Part shown: in pieces, positions 51,100-64,000 of the stretch | Layout of the letters: every line of letters starts with the position of its first letter | Numbering within the stretch: the first letter of the stretch is position 1 | Source of the DNA: Epiperipatus broadwayi | Lineage: Eukaryota; Animalia; Onychophora | NCBI GenBank assembly: GCA_028023455.1 | Contig: JAQFVV010000010.1 | Location: 14,260,001 to 14,324,000, forward strand | Reading direction: 5' to 3' | Length of the DNA: 64,000 bases | The notes under the pieces: model-generated | What the model was told of the DNA's origin: nothing | What the model saw: only the letters and a program-made list of their open reading frames with translations | Database searches by the model: none | Made by a program: the position numbers and the translations under genes

Positions 51100-51560
51100 T
51101 GTTAAATGAAGTTTTGCTAAGATTAAAATAAATACTGGGAGTAGGTTTATTAAGAATATGACAATACTTGCAGATAGTGAGAATAAACTCAATAAAATGT
51201 TATATACAATTAAGAAAACTTGTAGAAAGTTTGGCATGAAAATATATTCTAATAAATTAAAGAATAGGATAGTTAAACTATAAAAGAGAATAATGCTTCT
51301 AAGTATTTGGTAAGTTGGATAACTGATAATAAAAATAGCAAAAAAAGAAATTGGGGTAAAAATTGCAACGGCTAAACAAGCTTTTAAATTTGAAAAAAAA
51401 AAGGCTTGAACATGTTTTACATAGAATACTGCTTTATAGGAGCAGAAATAGACAATTAGGAAGAGAACACTGAGCTGAAAAAATTGGAGATGTGAATTTG
51501 AAGGACAAAGGAAAAGTTGGAAAGTGAAGATCAGAAAAGAATTAGGATTATTTAAGAAAT
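51100..51560 (+). mobile_element. RTE-like LINE RT relic
   Basis: NMTILADSENKLNKMLYTIKKTCRKFGMKIYSNK and KEIGVKIATAKQAF resemble RTE RT and post-RT motifs; a smaller piece (EEQFEFRN) lies near 48910. Confidence 0.55.
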
Positions 51561-53082
51561 GGTGGAATAGATTGAAGAAAATAAAATAGAAGCAAGTTGA
51601 CTGATAATCTTAAAAAGAGAAAAAAATAAAAGTATTAAAAAGTATAATATGAACACTTAGAAAAAATGATCTAAGATAGATATGTAGGGTTAGCCTTTTG
51701 ACAGATAAATGATAATATTTGATGGGTTTAATATGTTTATGTCTGAAGCAAACTGTAGCTTTCAAAAATAATATTAAATAAAATACTTGGATTTTTTTTT
51801 CCATGAAGATAATTTCAGAATTTTTAAAATACAACAGATTCAAAAAACACAGAAATATGATAATTAACTTCAAGAAAATGAATTACTTTTTGAATAATAA
51901 TCTTGAAACTATTATTAAAGAACTGAACTATGTCAAAATAAAAGAAATCAGAAAGATAGAGTTCTATTGGACTAACACATATATTTGGCTAAAAAATTTA
52001 AAAGTTCCATGAAAGATGATGACTGATTGTACAAGCTTAAAATATTATGAAGAATTAATAAAGTTCATAGAAAATTTGGGATAAAAATAAATACAGATAA
52101 ATATAACAGGAAGAGATTCCAACGAGATAAAATTATCAGGTTTTATTAAGCCCTTCAATTCTGCCTCTGTAACCATAGATTTGACAGTCAATAATATTGT
52201 GTTCACCCATATTTACATAGATCCATGATTGATAATTCCATTTGTGAAACAGATGAGTGCAACAACTACAGATTATCTTGAATCTTTTGATGACGTTCTA
52301 ATTGTGTTTAGGAAAATGAAATTCAGTTGGCTCTATTGTTAGATCTAGAAAAAAAAAATGTTTGAAGTATTGTAAAAATTCAATTTTTTGTGTGCATCCA
52401 GAATTATTGGCAATTGGCAAGTCCAATCTGTTTGAGAGCTTTTTATATATTTTCCATGAAGCAATTTCTCTTCTGATACCTGGTAGAGGAATTAAGAGAA
52501 AGCCAAGGCAAAAGTGTACACTTGAATGCACTATTTTTCATTGTGATATTTGAATATCCAGATGAAAAGTGAGCATATTATCCACAAGTAGAATATGTTA
52601 GTGCTAAAGAATCTGTCTTTAATATACATGCATCACAGAAGATTATTTCTAGAAAGTAATTTTAATCTAATCTTAGTTCAATGACGAAAGTAAGTCAGAA
52701 TACAAGCTAAGATTATTCTTAAGCAATTTTAATTAAAATTTTATTTTGCAAACATGTTAATTAAAATACATTTAATTATAATTTTATATGGAGCCTATAT
52801 TTACAGAATTTTCTTCACGATCCAACTTATTAATCTCAAATCAAACTGTATTACGTATTTGCAATTCTATTTAGATAATTTATTATAAAACTCAGTCAAA
52901 CATTAATTTGTTATTAAAAAGCAACATCTTTGATTTAAATTTAGAAATTTATAAAGTACTTATTATCCTTTTCTTTCATTATATTATTTTGACAATAATT
53001 TTAAAGATAGTGAATGTAAAAAAAAAACAACATATTTACTGACATTATATTTTTATCATTATAGTATTGAAAATCTTATAAT

Positions 53083-53397
53083 ATTAATATCATCTATGTT
53101 CTTTATTACTTTTACAATGCTTTTTTCACAATCTAATATAACAGTTTCAATTTTTCCAGCAATCTTCTTCAGAACTCATTTTTGGAACAACCTCATGACA
53201 TAGTGACTAACACATCCGTTTTAAGACTTGACTTAAATCCTAAGTCATGAGCAATAATAGATGGGTGTGCTAGTCACTATGCCATGAGACTGTTCCAAAA
53301 ATGACAGTTCTGAAGAAGATTGCAAGGGCAATTGAAACTGTCATATTAGGTTGTAAAAAAAAATGTAAAAGTAATAAAAAACATTCATGATATTATT
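53083..53397. repeat. fold-back with HHR-like cores at 53310-53342 (+) and a mirror near 53140-53172 (-)
   Basis: CTGAAGA-A-GATTGC(AAGG)GCAATT-GAAA-CTG-TC; arms are complementary over about 140 bp. Confidence 0.8.
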
Positions 53398-56300
53398 ATT
53401 ATATGGATTTGGCAATGGAATAGGAAAGATAAGGTGACAATATTTAGAATCTTTTTTTTTGGTTTTAAAAAATATTACTTATTTAGATTTCTAATTATAA
53501 TGTTAATGAAATGGTATTTATAAATAAACAATAAACAAGTATAGATAATTAATTTTTACATTTTTAATTAAAAAAAAAAACAATTTTGTAGGAAAATTTT
53601 ACAGTATGACCATCCTACAAGTGTCAGATGACACTGCTTTCCTAGAATTAAAAAAAAAGCTATTTTTTTTATTTTTTTTTACAGCCATTGTAATAGGATT
53701 GATTTCTTTAGAAAGAATAAGATACAGAGAAAAGATGGAGATAATAACAAACATACTGTCTGATAATATACACTTATACTCGAAAACAAAATCTGGCCGA
53801 GTCTTATTTAATAAATTAATATATAGTATTAAATTAAAATTACACAACAAATATTAAAAAATCAAATGATGCTAAAAAGTACCAATAGATTTGAGTGCCT
53901 ATGTGTGTATGTACAATTTATACAAGAATCGCAAGCCACAAGCTCAGAATATTTACATTTTATACCTCACATTATCTCCATAATCTGAGGTTCAAATTTG
54001 GGTAGAGCTTGAAAACTTTTTCAACTAGCTGAATATTTTTCAAGAAAGCTACATGAAATTAGGTAGATGACTAACAACCAATCCAACTAGCTATCCAATA
54101 CTGATTAGTAAATGGGTATCTAGTTATTCTTATCTGAAGGATAGAGATTTCAAGATAATAATGGTAGATTAGATGAGTGTTTATAGAATGATTATAAACT
54201 AAAAATATAATTGAAATATGATACAACCTATACAAAAGAGAATATTATAAAGATTTACCTTTATATATGAATTTTTATATGAATATTCTTATATATAAAA
54301 ACACACACACACAAGCATCTGAATTAGGATAAAAAAAAAAAAAGGATTTATTATACAACCATATGATTATCAACAACAAAAAAATTTTGTTATACAACCT
54401 TATAATCATCAAAAAAAAAAAAAACTTTTCCAAAAACATCTTTGTTTGACATGATTTGTATATGTAAATAAATACTGCATATGTGTGCATGTGTGTATTT
54501 ATAATATATGAACATACAACAGTTATAAAGACTGTCCAAAAATTTGGACCTATTATTAACAGGTATCATTTTCCTACGATTAATATTCTATGGATGTTAC
54601 AAGTAATTTCTAAGAGCAAATTGTTTAAAATAAAATAATCATATAGAGGTTAGTTTTTTAGAAGATCATGACCTTTGAGAATTGGCAGGAAGAACAATTC
54701 CATTTAAATTGAACAATGTAATGTTTTTGGTTTTTTTAAAATTTTCATTACTTTATCACTATACAGAAAGTTACAAATGCATAAAACAATTGTAAATAGT
54801 ATTTTTAAATGGAAGAAGTTTCAATTAAAATATATATTTTTTGTAACAAAATAGGAACAGATTTGAAAGTTTAAAATTAAAACTGATTTGAATGAATAAG
54901 GAAACATAAATATTTATATATACAGTAAACTGTTAATCCATTGTTTCTCAAAAGACCAGAGGAAAAAAAAGTAATATATATAAATGGAATTCTAAGTAAA
55001 ACATAAATATTAGCTTTAAGATATTATAAGCCAAAATATTACTCATTGATTATTTGCAAAATGTAAATATATTTATACAGCAATAATATACACATAATTT
55101 TAATACCACAGTAATTACAATTGTTTAAAAAATCTGAATTAATATTTATTAATGATTGGATATTTTTTTTAAATAAATAATTTTATCTAATTATTAAATA
55201 AAAGTAATTTATTTTATATTTTAATTTTTTTTAAAAAATTGATATTTATTTCCAAATGAACAAATTTTATGCTTTGATGTGTAATTTTTAAAAAAACAAT
55301 GATTAAAGTCTGAATTATAAAATATGATTATTATTTTTTAAATAAAATAATAAAAATGTCATTCCATAAAAAAGCAAAATAACTATCCATGTGAAAAAAT
55401 ACTGCATCAGGACCATGACTAGCCAATGAGTGATACAAAAACATGAGTTTTAAAATGATGAATTCATATTTCCATAACATATTTTTATAGCTCTGGTTTC
55501 GAGACAAAGAAAATATAACAGAGATGTAAAAAAAACAATATACGTATTAACAATGGATGGAGAGATTAACTGTATGTATATTAAAAACTATCTCGAAGTC
55601 TTAAGTTTGAAAATATGTTATTTGTAGTCTCAAGATTTTAATGGAATATTCTCAAATGTACAGAAATGGGGGAAGGGATTATTCTCTAGTAATTTTGAAG
55701 AAAATATTCTTAATACGAAATGATATTTAAAAAAAATTATGCTAAATTATACTTGATGAGATGGAGTTTTATTATTAGCTGTTAAAAATTGCTCAACTTT
55801 TGCAAATTGAATAAACATGATGCTTATTCATAGATTACAATAATAAGAAAAGAGGGACAACGTGGAACATTTGAATAACATAAAAATTAAATTCTTATTA
55901 TAAATTTTAACACTCACTAAAGATATGAATGTTTACAAAAAATTGATTTATTTACTATAATAAAAAATTAACACCATTTTGAGACAATGCTCTCCATTTA
56001 TATGTACACATACATATACACATATAATAATAAATAATCATAACTTTTTTAATATCTGTAATTGAAAAGCGGATATATAAATTGGAGAGTTTCTATTCCG
56101 AATTTAGAATTGTCTCGTTAGTTAAAAATTTTATACTGTACATATAATAAAAAAAAAAACTGTACAACTAATCTGATACATGTATAATGCAATAGTCAAG
56201 TTCTTTGATATTCTTTTAATCATGATTCTATCAATGACGGCAGTAACCATGTTGATCCATGTCTTCGGATTAGCCAGGACATATTTGCAACAAATATGGC

Positions 56301-57698
56301 ATTCTTAATAGTCTTATAAAATCACTGAAAATCAGATCTGATGAGTAAAAAGACCATTGTAAAAGACGCTGACCTATGTGTTCTGCATCTGATGTGAAAT
56401 CAAGTCATCAAGAATAACAATATTACAACCTTAAGTAATAATCAATTAATCTGTTTTCACTTCATTAGCATATCTTAAATGCAATTTGCATAAGATAAAT
56501 GCAAATTAATCTAAATCTTTTCTATTAACTTTGCATATATGAGCACATACATATAAATATTTAGTTTACTTATGATATTAATTTCTTTTTATTCATTAGA
56601 ACACGATGTATGTAAATAATTATAAAATTGAAAATTTTATATATAATTTTATTATATTTGAGGAAAAAATTCATATATATATATGTATGTTTGTAAATAT
56701 TTACAATGTATATATTCCATATTTAGAAATGGATGTTTATAAAAGTATGTACAAAGAAATAAATGTTTCAAAAATATAACCAAAACCATAGATATTTTTT
56801 CTTTTCAGTTAAAAGCAAAAAAAAAAAAAGATACATATTTACAATATATTTTGAAAACAAAAACTACACACATGCACACACAAAATCAATCCACAATGTA
56901 TACAATAAAACGGACATATATTTAGTAACTGAACTCTCATTGTCTTCTATGGTAAACAATAAAATAAAATACTAATATCAACTTTGAATACCTGAAATAA
57001 AATGGAATTATATTATTAAAAAATAGAAAATAATAATAATAAGATTACAAAAAGAAAAAAACAAAAACAAATTAAAGGCAACAAAACGTTTGTAACTTTT
57101 TTTTCTTATTTCTCACTTATAAAATTAATTTCTGACCAGATTCTAATTTCTAGTAACATCAACAGATAATACAAGCTTTTCCTCCGCAAGGATGCACTTG
57201 TCAGGTAAAACAGTTATGTTAATTAATTTTTTTTTTATCAACATTTTATAAAGTATTTACAGATTAAAAACAGCATTATACAAATACTTAAACAATAATA
57301 TCCACCCCCCCTTCCAAATCACAAAAGAAAAAAAATACTATGACAAACAGGGGAAAAAAAATTTAATAAATAAATTTGCATTCTTTTCTACATGGTCACC
57401 AGATGTTTGGTTTTCTATACATTACCATCATTAGATTTCATGTGGAAATACTTGATTCAGTACTTCCATTTTGAAGGCTCTTCCACCTCCATTCGTTTAG
57501 TCTTTTTGTTGTTGTTGCTGAAAATATTTTGAATAGTATTTGGATTTATATGGAATTATCAACAAAATTCTAATTCCAAAATGGAATTAGTGAAATGTTT
57601 CAGTAAATAGCACCTCTGAGTTGTTCAAAACTTCTCTAGAATATTTATTCAGAAAAGACACAGGCTCAGAATGCCAATATCAGTTTTCAGTTGTGTAA

Positions 57699-57980
<282 letters not shown>

Positions 57981-58269
57981 CTAAAATATATGTATAAAAT
58001 ATATCACATGTCATAAAACAAACAAATATGCACAAAATTAATAAAGCAGAAATATATACATAGAAGAAAAGTAAGACATATTTTAAATCATTTAACTTCA
58101 GTTAATTAATTTGAAGGAAAAATTACACATGTATGAGTTTATAATCAATTCATTAAAAAAACAAACAGTACATAATGCAAAATAACATCATCATTTTCAA
58201 ACATTATCGATGCATTTCAAGATGAAAAATTATATGTTTAATTCAGTTTTTATGATCCAAAGTTTCTCT

Positions 58270-59400
58270 ATAATACATTAGTAAATTTTTTTTATTTCAT
58301 CCACCCATCTCATATATGATCACTTTCTGTATTTCTTATATCATCGTTGGATCTTGTTTATAATTCCAGCTGTTCATCTGTTATCGTTAGTTCTATTAGC
58401 ATGTCTAGCTCAGTTCAACCTCAGCTTCTTAATTCTTTTAATGACGTTCTATATATTATGTATTTTAATTTTGCTTTGTTAATTCCAATAAAACAACTAT
58501 CTCCAAATTTTAGTGTGGTGCAATTTCCATTTTGCTCTTCTATTAAGGATCAAAGATTCAGATTTATTAAAAACTTTCCTTTTTAAGCAACTACACATTT
58601 TCTAACAAAAGCATTTCATCCAATTTTATTTTTATGATTAACTAGATCTATCTGTACTGCTAATTTGAACAAAGTAGTTCCAATTGTTATTCTAATTCAT
58701 TACTACCAATCTTCATTAAAAGCTGTTGAACATTAGCATTTTTATTATTGATCAATATTTCTCAAGATATTTGCAAAATCAACTAATCTATTTGCATAGC
58801 AAAATCGAAATGACTCAAGTAATCTATTTATTTTTACTTCTTTTGAGCCTCATTTTAATACTTAAAATATTTAGTATAAAACTGCTGCAATAAGTTTTAG
58901 AGAAATCAAATAAATCCCTCTGCTGCTCGTCCATACTAATTCTAATCTTCTTAGTGTCATCAAGAAATATAATTATTGTTATAGCATTTTACTAAATATT
59001 TTTTTAAACTCAGATGTATGCCAAAGCTTTAATCACAACAGAAACGCTTAAAACCAAATAACACATTTTTGATAATCTACAAATTCAATATAAAATGGCA
59101 ACTCATATTCACAGGATTCTTTGATAACTTCTCTAATTAATATTTGGATATAGTCTGCTATGCGGTAACTGCTTCCGAATTCAGCTTGCTCTTTTAATTC
59201 ACTTTCAAACCAAAGATTTCTATAAAAGAATTTCTTTTAGTAATTTTCCTAATAACATTTTTGCACCTTATTTAAATATCAACATTCCTAATATTCTTCC
59301 ACTTAATCATATATTATCATTATTTAGATATTTAAACACAACTTTGCCAACAATCTCTCTACAATTTTAAAGGATTCTTTTAAAACATCTATAATGATTC
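58270..59400 (-). mobile_element. RTE-clade LINE relic (RT to C-terminus) in the last pecanex intron
   Basis: EQAEFGSSYRIADYIQILIREVIKESCEYELPFYIEFVDYQK (EQAGFR..STxDHI..EY..FVDYxKAFD) and IKKLRLN*ARHANRTNDNR*T...RWVDEIKK (LKWxWAGHVxRxxDxRW...RWxDEI). Confidence 0.75.
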
Positions 59401-59443
59401 TATCATTACTGGCCCTCATAACTATAATTGCATGTCTTATTTT

Positions 59444-60239
59444 TAATATATAGAATATATGAGCACAGACTTTCACACGACCCACCACTCTGCACACTAT
59501 CTCATAACACTGATACCCTTGAACACATACATGTCGAAAAGATAAACAATCACCAATATATGTATTTCATGCTAAACCAGCAATCATCAGTTGGTCCAGA
59601 TACCATCCCTACACATATATGCTCTCAAATATATATTGATAGCCAAACCTCATACTTTAATGGACAGGCTTCAATCCACTCCACACTCCAACCGTCCATC
59701 CAATTGAAAATCTGATGATGGAATGCTCAAAAGCCACCCTGAGGCCGAGATTCTTGTCACACCCATGTTGACCTAAGGTCAATCTGACCCCTCATGTATA
59801 GGACATAATCCATTTAATACAAATACAAGGGATGGGCAGACATCTCTACTATGTAATAACTGAAACACACAGGCTTATTATATACCTGTGTCTATATATG
59901 TAATATATAGGGTATATTTTCAATTGGATTGACGGTTGAAGGGTTGGAGTGGACTGAAGCCTGTCCATTAAAGTATGAGGTTTGGCTATCTTAATATATA
60001 TCTGAGCACTTATAGCATATATGTGTAGATATGATAATCTGGGCCAACTGATGATTGCTGGTTTAGCATGAAATACGTTTATTGGTGACTGTTTATCTTT
60101 TCGACATATATGTGTTCAAGTGTATTAGTGTTATGAGATAGTGTGTAGAGTGGTGGTTCGTGTAAAAGTCTGTGCTCATATACCCTATATATTACATATA
60201 TAGAGACAGGTATATAATAAGCCTGTGTGTTTCAGTTAT
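59444..60239. repeat. compound palindrome of HHR family B (A-X-B-A'-B'); HHR motifs 59553-59594 (-) and 60044-60085 (+)
   Basis: A 59455-59710 is inverted at 59917-60177; B 59856-59916 is inverted at 60178-60239; + copy reads CCAA-CTGATGA-TTGCT(GGTTT)AGCAT-GAAA-TACGTT-TA-TTGG. Confidence 0.9.
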
Positions 60240-60479
60240 GTCTTATTTTTATACATAAAATATATGGCATTTTCAAATATCTTCTTGTTCTTTATTATTA
60301 TTTAGCTCTTTGTAGAATTTTTGCTACTTTAATTCTCTACTTCATCATTTCACAGTTATATTTCATTTTACTGAATGATAGATATTTAATTTTTCTAAAC
60401 TCATTTCATATTCCTCTTCCCCACATATACAGTTTTTTAGGCTCCTGCTATTCTTATTGACCTAGTTGAAATTGCTACC

Positions 60480-61170
60480 TTCTAAGTTTGTTTATATTTT
60501 TAAGTCAATTTATAAACTCTAGTTCAAATTCACTGGAGAACTTCCAAAGATTAGAAATATCTATTGTGATTATTATTATTCATAAAAGATTTGTCTCACA
60601 CATGTCCTAGTTCATCTTTTGTGTTCTTAAAATAACTCACTACTGTTGTACCTTTATATGGATGCCTTCATGGCCATTTCCTCTTTGCAAAAAAAAAAAC
60701 AAAACAAAAACAATTACTTAGATACAGATATTTTTTTCCTAAACTAAGTCTTTTTTCATTTCTAGTTCTAATTCCAACATTAAAACATCAAATGGCAATA
60801 AAAAATGCTATTTGGTCTGGTAAAAATATTCTATATATAAAAGTCCTTCACTCCTTTATCAGAATGATAATCTAAATTATTTGCTTTGATATCTTCCATT
60901 AAGATAATAAAATAATCTTACTATTCTTTCTGACATATCATTAATCCCCACAATATTGTTCTTCTCCCTTTCGTTTAAAATAAATTATAAACTGTTTGTG
61001 CTATTAAAATAAAATATCCGCCTTCTTTTAAAATCAATTGTTTTTTCATCTTTTCTTCTATCTTCACAAAGTTCACCAAAGTTCCATTTAATATTAGACC
61101 ACACTTTTTTCACTTCATCCAATTTTCTTTCACTTGAAACTGAATAGCAATATATAAGTATATGTTTAAA
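60480..61170 (-). mobile_element. RTE-like LINE relic
   Basis: SSERKLDEVKKVWSNIKWNFG resembles AxSExxLQxxLxxWxxxLxxxG; the 3' part has a KRKWP*RHP-like GRP region; explains part of track ORF 60985. Confidence 0.4.
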
Positions 61171-61188
61171 AAATTTCACATAAAAATT

Positions 61189-61278
61189 GAGGTCAGCGCG
61201 ACTGCCTTGCACTTGCTGGCAGTTGCCCGGGTTGCGAGTTCGCATCCTGGCCGATGCTATGACACTTAAAAAAAAAAA
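61189..61278 (+). mobile_element. tRNA-derived SINE, third, more diverged copy
   Basis: gttgcgagttcgcatcctggccgatgctatgacac+poly(A) aligns to the 3' half of the 42874 copy. Confidence 0.65.
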
Positions 61279-61765
61279 CAAAAAAACAATTTAATTAAAT
61301 ATAGCACAAAGAAGTAAAACATCTGCATATGCACAAAAAAGTGTACCTTCAATGAGGCATGGAATTCATTTTAAGTACAATATCATAGCATCACTTTTTT
61401 TTTTCGGATATTATTATAATAATCATTAATTATGGAGCGATATAAAGAAATTGACAATTTTCTTAATTTATGCTCAATGTATGCAAAAGCCATTATCAGT
61501 CTCTTGTTTTATAATTAGCCATTTTTAATTCAAATTTATAAGATTGTCATTTTAATGCTAATATAAAATTTTAATTGGGATTATTAAAATTATTTTAATT
61601 ATGCAATGTTAAAGTAAAAAATACTTTTGTGTGTATAACTAATGTTTTTTTTTTTTTTCATGTACTATTAAACATTTTATATTCTTCAATTTAAATTTAA
61701 TAAATGTTGAATTACATTTATTGTTATAAAAATCACACTTTTCTTTATGTTTGCCGTAATATCCT

Positions 61766-61981
61766 ATAAATATAATTTGTCCAAACTTCAAACACTTTTT
61801 AGCAAAACTCTTAATTTGTACATACACAGACACCTACGTTTCGACTGACCTGCAGTCTTCTTCAGAGCAAGTCGACTTGCTCTGAAGAAGACTGCAGGTC
61901 AGTCGAAACGTAGGTGTCTGTGTATGTACAAATTAAGAGTTTTGCTAAAAAGTGTTTGAAGTTTGGACGAATTATATTTAT
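61766..61981. repeat. near-perfect 216-bp palindrome (108-bp arms, one mismatch, no loop; centre GTC|GAC at 61873/61874)
   Basis: Read base by base; the only mismatch is aatttgtcc versus ggacgaatt near the outer ends. Confidence 0.95.
61882..61912 (+). ncRNA. minimal hammerhead ribozyme core with intact catalytic nucleotides; mirror copy 61835-61865 on -
   Basis: CTGAAGA-A-GACTG(CAGGT)CAGTC-GAAA-CG-TA; 5-bp stem II; palindromic ACGT stem III; stem I is weak (TTGCT/GGTG, mostly G-U). Confidence 0.72.
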
Positions 61982-62691
61982 TTATTATTATAGTTTTTTA
62001 GTAGATTAAAAAAAAAATACAGATCTTTTTTTTTTTAATAATACGTTACACCAGAGGAAAAAAACGTAGACCACACACCTGCAAATCAAATTTTAAATTA
62101 ATCCATTACATGATTAAAGCCTTTAATAGTAATACAGATTATTATTCTCACAAATTGATCAAGTAGAAAAAAAAATTAAAATATTATCTTAGGGTTTATC
62201 ACTCAGTTTTTACAAAGTAAGCACCAAAATAATGTATCATTTAATTAACGGAGCCATCATAAATTTAAACAATATTTAATAAATTATCTCCTTTAACATT
62301 TATTTTTTGCAACGTTGAAATTTTATTTATTAATCTTACATATCAGTTATTCACCAATCTTTTTCAGGGATGTAAACAAAAAATTATACGTTGTGTTATT
62401 AATAAAATATTTCTTAACTTTATATAAATTCAATCTTATTGTATTTACATAAACTATTTGTACATATATAATTTATCTCAGAAAATAATTTCTTGCAATG
62501 ACCTGTTTATATACAAAAGAGACAGATTCTAATTATTGCACATGTATATAAAATCACACTGTTTCATTATAATTTAAATCTTTAATAAAATATAAAGTAT
62601 TAAAATTGTATTATACACATATTATTAAGAGCTATTAGCATGCTTGTTATATTACATATATAAATATATTAAATTATTTTATAAATATATA

Positions 62692-63200
62692 CTTGGGTCT
62701 CGTTTTATGCGGTAGATAGGTTCCTCAGAAAATGCGCACAAAAGAAATCACACAAAAATAGCATAAAAGCAAAGCAACAATGTAAAATTACTTTAAAATT
62801 CACATAAAAAAATAAAATAAAATAAAATATGACTAATAAAAAATTTCAAATTTAAAAAAAATTGATACAAGACAAACTATTTTTACTTTTTTTATTAACT
62901 ACAATATTTAATTTTATTCAAAACAATATATTTTTATGCGTAATTTACATTTTTTTTTGTACATGTACGGTATTTTATCATTATCACTATTTGAGACATC
63001 AGATTCGTCATGATGTGATGTGATGTACTGTAGCTTCTCCTTAAACGAAGTCAAAAGGAAATATAACTAAAACTTTTCCAATCGCTGTTGAGCCTTCCCG
63101 TTTCGCTAAGCGATCTAAAATTGAAATTTTTGTTTACAAAGAAATTCATTTTCTTGGGTGTTTTTTTTCTCTCCGTTAGAGTAAAGTAAAAGTTTAAAAT
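62692..63200 (-). mobile_element. pogo/Tigger-like transposon relic
   Basis: L*TKISILDRLAKREGSTAIGKVL resembles the CENP-B/psq N-terminal HTH; a Tigger-like terminus (cttgggtctcgttttatgcg) lies at about 62692. Confidence 0.5.
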
Positions 63201-63246
63201 AAAAATAAGAACTTAGACTTACAATAATAAAAAGACACTGACTCAC

Positions 63247-63447
63247 CACTGTTGGGCAAAATTTAATTAAAACTAACAATTAAAAATTAAATTCTTATTT
63301 TTGTCTTTAATTTTCAATTCCGTTTAAAAATCAAATTTCATCGTTTGACATCACCTTAATTTCAGATGACGTTACGTAATTTTTAAATTGTTAATTACAA
63401 TTAAAAATCAAGATCTTAATTGTCAAATTTAATTGTGCCCACCACTG
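63247..63447. mobile_element. 201-bp hAT-type MITE
   Basis: TIR cactgttgggcaaaatttaatt / aaatttaattgtgcccaccactg; 8-bp TSD TGACTCAC / TTACTCAC (7/8). Confidence 0.72.
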
Positions 63448-63470
63448 TTACTCACCTTTTAAAAATAAAC

Positions 63471-63770
63471 TTATGGACACTAAATGATTAATTGATTAGG
63501 TACTCTTTTTATAAAAAGCAAAAATAGAACGATTTAAAATGCAAAAACAACAAAATACACAGTATTTTTCATCTATAACGTTTAAAGAGATTTACATTAT
63601 AGTCTTGTAAAATTTATTACTTGTGGACACTAAATGATTAATTGATTACATACTCTTTTTATAAAAAACAAAAATAAAACGTGATTTAAAATGCAAAAAC
63701 AACAACATATATAGTATTTTTCATCTATAATGTTTGAACGGATTTACATTATAGTTTTGTAAAATTTAAT
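63471..63770 (+). repeat. tandem duplication, period 150 bp
   Basis: tt(a/g)tggacactaaatgattaattgatta starts at 63471 and 63621; copies align to gtaaaattta. Confidence 0.9.
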
Positions 63771-63899
63771 GTGTGTATATAAAATGGGGAAATCCTGATT
63801 TTAAGTGAATTATGAACTTCTTTTTTGCATAAAATCTATTACAGTACTAGTATAAAGCACTGAAAATATTGAAATTATTTGATGGAAGTTGAACTCTGA

Positions 63900-63968
63900 T
63901 AATGCGCTATTACTTTAAATATGATGCGAGTGCGCGAAATTTATAATATTTAAAGTAATAGCGCATTA
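63900..63968. repeat. perfect 23-bp inverted repeat with a 23-nt loop
   Basis: TAATGCGCTATTACTTTAAATAT (63900-63922) / ATATTTAAAGTAATAGCGCATTA (63946-63968). Confidence 0.9.
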
Positions 63969-64000
63969 ACGGAGCTCGACTTCTGATCTAATAATTTTTA

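Noticed and set aside
52130-52560. R4/Dong-like LINE relic (KLLHGKY motif on -)
   Set aside because: It rests on a single short motif, with downstream motifs not convincingly recovered; too weak to annotate.
29540-56344. Extra CTGATGA hits at 29540, 47806 and 56338 as hammerheads
   Set aside because: There is no properly placed stem II plus GAAA, and no stem I/III.
58000-64000. Further upstream pecanex exons
   Set aside because: Coding-like stretches here translate to RTE or pogo motifs; the penultimate exon probably lies beyond the window.

Overview
Strongly AT-rich eukaryotic (most likely arthropod; species not determinable) genomic DNA. It holds two convergent spliced host genes. The first is the last seven coding exons of alpha-actinin (Actn, + strand, 6124-35424: spectrin repeats 3-4, EF-hands, C-terminus ...LYGESDL*), followed by a 3' UTR to about 36.8 kb. 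The second is the last coding exon of pecanex (pcx/PCNX, - strand, 57980-57699, ...DLGAEV*). Nearly all ORFs in the supplied track are spurious or TE-derived. Introns and intergenic DNA are packed with repeats: RTE-type LINE relics, hAT MITEs with 8-bp TSDs, mariner/pogo/hAT transposase relics, a tRNA-derived SINE, and a CpG-rich 1.33-kb element with 39-bp TIRs and an 8-bp TSD (Merlin-like). The most striking signal is a set of non-coding repeat families carrying minimal type-I hammerhead ribozyme (HHR) motifs, of the kind known from Penelope-like elements and retrozymes. They occur as fold-back palindromes in which the ribozyme always points away from the inversion centre, and once as a tandem dimer with a 386-bp period. 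The youngest is a near-perfect zero-loop 216-bp palindrome at 61766-61981. One Actn intron (6209-12418) has U12-type (minor spliceosome) signals. All coordinates and translations were read by eye; no database search was run, so TE family names are motif-based inferences.
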